Origin: an uncultured delta proteobacterium
GTDB taxonomy: Bacteria; Desulfobacterota; Syntrophobacteria; BM002
Length of the DNA stretch: 32,002 bases
NCBI GenBank assembly: GCA_963712115.1
Contig: CAVQGX010000016.1
Span: forward strand, 1-32,002
Reading direction: 5' to 3'
Made by a program: the position numbers and the translations under genes. The notes under the pieces were generated by a model, which was given only the letters and a program-made list of their open reading frames with translations, did no database searches and was not told the origin of the DNA. Numbering within the stretch: the stretch's first letter is position 1; every line of letters starts with the position of its first letter. Positions 29,652-32,002 of this stretch are shown here, in pieces.

Positions 29652-31712
29652 TCAACCGCCGGAAGTGTCCGCTGGTTCCTCCTGCTGGAAGGGCTTCTGC
29701 TCCGGCGTGAGGTCCTTGGCCGTTGTACCGGGCATGATCTCGAAGCCGAGATCAAAGTGTACCAGCATTGTCTTGAACTGCTCGTAAACATCCCGGTTGC
29801 CCTTGAGCTTAGCCTTGCCTGTCTTGATCTGCTCGTCGAAGCTGACGGCACCCATCATGGTTTTCTCGAGATCGGCGCGATTGATGGTGACGGTCAGGTC
29901 GGCGTCGTTAGCCTGGAACCCCTTGATGTTGGTAAGGGTGGCATTGCTCAATTCCACCACGAACTTCTCGTTGTTGTCCGGCGTTACCAAGTTGATAGTG
30001 AACTCTTTGCCCTCGGCCTTTTGGCTGTCAAGTCGGATGCCGAGAAAATCCAGCCACAACTCGGTGGTCATGGCCCGGATCATGTCAGGACCGGTAGATT
30101 TAGGAGAGGCCCCCGTAGGAATGCCGGATCGGAGCTCCAGGGCGGCCGCCAGAAAACTGTTGCGCACACTGGGGCTCTCTTGCTGGTAGCCGATCTGCTC
30201 GAAAACATCGGCCAAAAGGTCTTTGGCCTCCTGATTTTGTGGTTCTGCATACACTAATTTGTTTAGAATTTCCTGGGCGTGGCGATACTTGCCCTGATCG
30301 TAGAGTTCCCGGCCCTTGGCGATGATCGGCTTCGGGCCGCCCATCATTTCCACGTAAAGCGAGGCCGAGTCTTCCGGCGACAGCGGGATCAGGGTGGTGG
30401 GGTTGCCGTCCCAGTAGCCCAAGTAGCGGTTGATCACCGCCCGACTGTTATGCTCAACCGAGCCATGATAGCTTCGCGCCGCCCACTGTCGTTGCAGGCT
30501 CTCAGGTACCGTGTAAACGTTGTGCACCTGGTTGATAGTCACTCCCTGGTTGGCCAGATGCAACACGCCATTGTTGAGATTTGCATAGGTATCCCGTTGG
30601 GCTCGCATGATCTCCTGAATACGGTCGTTACCCCAGCGCGGCCAGCTGTGGGAGGCGAACATGACCTCAGCTTGCTGACCGTATTTATAAAGAGCTACGT
30701 TGATCTGCTTGGACCACTCTAGGGCGTCGCGCACCAGGGCGCCCCGCAAGGTATATATGTTGTGGATCGTACCGACAATGTTTTCCGCTGCCCAGAATGC
30801 CTTCAGATCTGGAAACCAGGTGTTCATCTCCGCCGGCGCCTCGGTGCCCGGCGTGTTCTGAAACTCCATGCGGACGCCGTCGACGGTGAGCGTCTCGAAA
30901 TCCTTTTCGATGATGACTGTGGGCGGGATGAGCCCTAGGTTTCCCGCGGCCGTGTTCTTGCCGATAGACTGGTCCGCGTGTCCGAAGGGGCTGGCCGGCA
31001 GCAGAACGCCGTACTGGTAAAAAAGACGGCGGCTCATGGCGTTGCCGGCATAGACGTTTTCTGCCACCGCGTGATCCATGAAACCGACTGGTGCGATGAT
31101 CTTTACCTTGCCGCTCCGCACATCGGCCTCGTCCACCACCCCGCGCACCCCGCCGAAGTGATCCGCATGGGAGTGGGAATAGACCACCGCCACCACCGGA
31201 CGCTCGCCGAGCTGTTCGTTGATGAACTTGAGGGCCGCAGCAGCGGTCTCCTTGGCTGTCAGGGGATCGAAGACGATCCATCCCGTGCCACTCTTGATGA
31301 AGCTGATATTGGCCAGGTCGAAGCCTCGCACTTGGTAGATGCCGGGGATGACTTCATAGAGGCCGTAGTTCATGTTGAGGATGGCCTGGCGCTGAAGGGA
31401 GGGGTGCACACTGTTGAAATCTTTGCCTTCCAGCAGCCAATCGTATTTGCCCATATCCCAGGCCACGTGGCCGGCTTCGGCCATAATTTGCTTGTAAGGA
31501 GGCGCCGCGATGAAGCCTTTCTTTTGTTCTTCGAAATCCCTCTTGTCCTCAAAAGGTAGGGTTTTTCTCAACTCCTGTTGCTTTTCCGCCGTATACTTGG
31601 AGGGCATTTTGCCCTTAGGGTGGAAATGCTTGTGATCTGTGCCTGCAATTCCATTGGTGGAAAAAACTAATAACATTAAAACGATCAAGGTAGCCCTACA
31701 CGTAGTTATCAT
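29652..31712 (-). CDS. Alkyl/aryl sulfatase (SdsA1/BDS1 family: MBL fold, dimerisation and SCP2 domains), exported
   Basis: Signal peptide; GIYQVRGFDLANI, HSHADHFGG metal motif, TPGTEAPAEM, HNIYTLRGA, SHSWP, YLGYWDGNP; C-terminal SCP2-like ADLTVTINRADL. Confidence 0.94.
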   Translation of the reverse strand: MITTCRATLIVLMLLVFSTNGIAGTDHKHFHPKGKMPSKYTAEKQQELRKTLPFEDKRDFEEQKKGFIAAPPYKQIMAEAGHVAWDMGKYDWLLEGKDFNSVHPSLQRQAILNMNYGLYEVIPGIYQVRGFDLANISFIKSGTGWIVFDPLTAKETAAAALKFINEQLGERPVVAVVYSHSHADHFGGVRGVVDEADVRSGKVKIIAPVGFMDHAVAENVYAGNAMSRRLFYQYGVLLPASPFGHADQSIGKNTAAGNLGLIPPTVIIEKDFETLTVDGVRMEFQNTPGTEAPAEMNTWFPDLKAFWAAENIVGTIHNIYTLRGALVRDALEWSKQINVALYKYGQQAEVMFASHSWPRWGNDRIQEIMRAQRDTYANLNNGVLHLANQGVTINQVHNVYTVPESLQRQWAARSYHGSVEHNSRAVINRYLGYWDGNPTTLIPLSPEDSASLYVEMMGGPKPIIAKGRELYDQGKYRHAQEILNKLVYAEPQNQEAKDLLADVFEQIGYQQESPSVRNSFLAAALELRSGIPTGASPKSTGPDMIRAMTTELWLDFLGIRLDSQKAEGKEFTINLVTPDNNEKFVVELSNATLTNIKGFQANDADLTVTINRADLEKTMMGAVSFDEQIKTGKAKLKGNRDVYEQFKTMLVHFDLGFEIMPGTTAKDLTPEQKPFQQEEPADTSGG

Positions 31713-32002
31713 AATTACTCTCCTTCCGGTTTTTCAGTCAAACTCAACTCACAGTGATAGCAGGCATTACTTTCATAGTGGGTGGTGGGAAAAACGTATG
31801 ATTCAGCTATAGAACCTACGAAGACCCACTTTATTTTAAATTGCCCATAAACCTAAGGCTTAAAATGGGGATGTCAAGAAAGAGCGCTGACTGGTGAGGG
31901 GGAAGGGGACACAATGTATTGTGGTGGGCCACTTAATCTCAAAAATTCATTTACCTTGCCAAGATGTAGACATTGGCGAAATTCAAGATATGATCGAGTA
32001 AT

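Noticed and set aside
29434-31559. Several long ORFs overlapping the sulfatase gene
   Set aside because: Antisense or alternate-frame shadows expected in a GC-rich gene.

Overview
The window looks like the chromosome of an anaerobic deltaproteobacterium (Desulfobacterota-like; inferred from gene content and sigma54 use). In order: the 5' part of an FMN-binding glutamate-synthase-family gene with an ANTAR two-hairpin/terminator leader next to a GAF-ANTAR gene; lepB; a type IV pilus operon pilM-pilN-pilO-pilQ lacking pilP, with a convergent TPR lipoprotein (pilotin-like); a nitrogen-assimilation cluster (NifA-like GAF/sigma54 activator, amtB, P-II, glnD, a truncated glnE-like gene, a class I amidotransferase, glnA) with sigma54 promoters and a recurring TAC-W6-GTA site; nth; a hypothetical gene; an ATP-grasp / glutamate 2,3-aminomutase-like radical SAM / M20 peptidase operon; and a sigma54-driven single-domain receiver. 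Beyond a tRNA-Leu 3'-end att-like site at ~27510 lies probable island cargo (FadL-type channel, SdsA-type alkyl sulfatase). Most intergenic spaces are mosaics of 7-8 nt tandem repeats, and long inverted copies of these mosaics bracket whole modules (the pil operon, the pilotin gene, the nitrogen cluster). Three genes carry four +1 frame breaks, probably sequence errors. The best candidates for new biology are the module-bracketing inverted repeats and the ATP-grasp/aminomutase/M20 operon.
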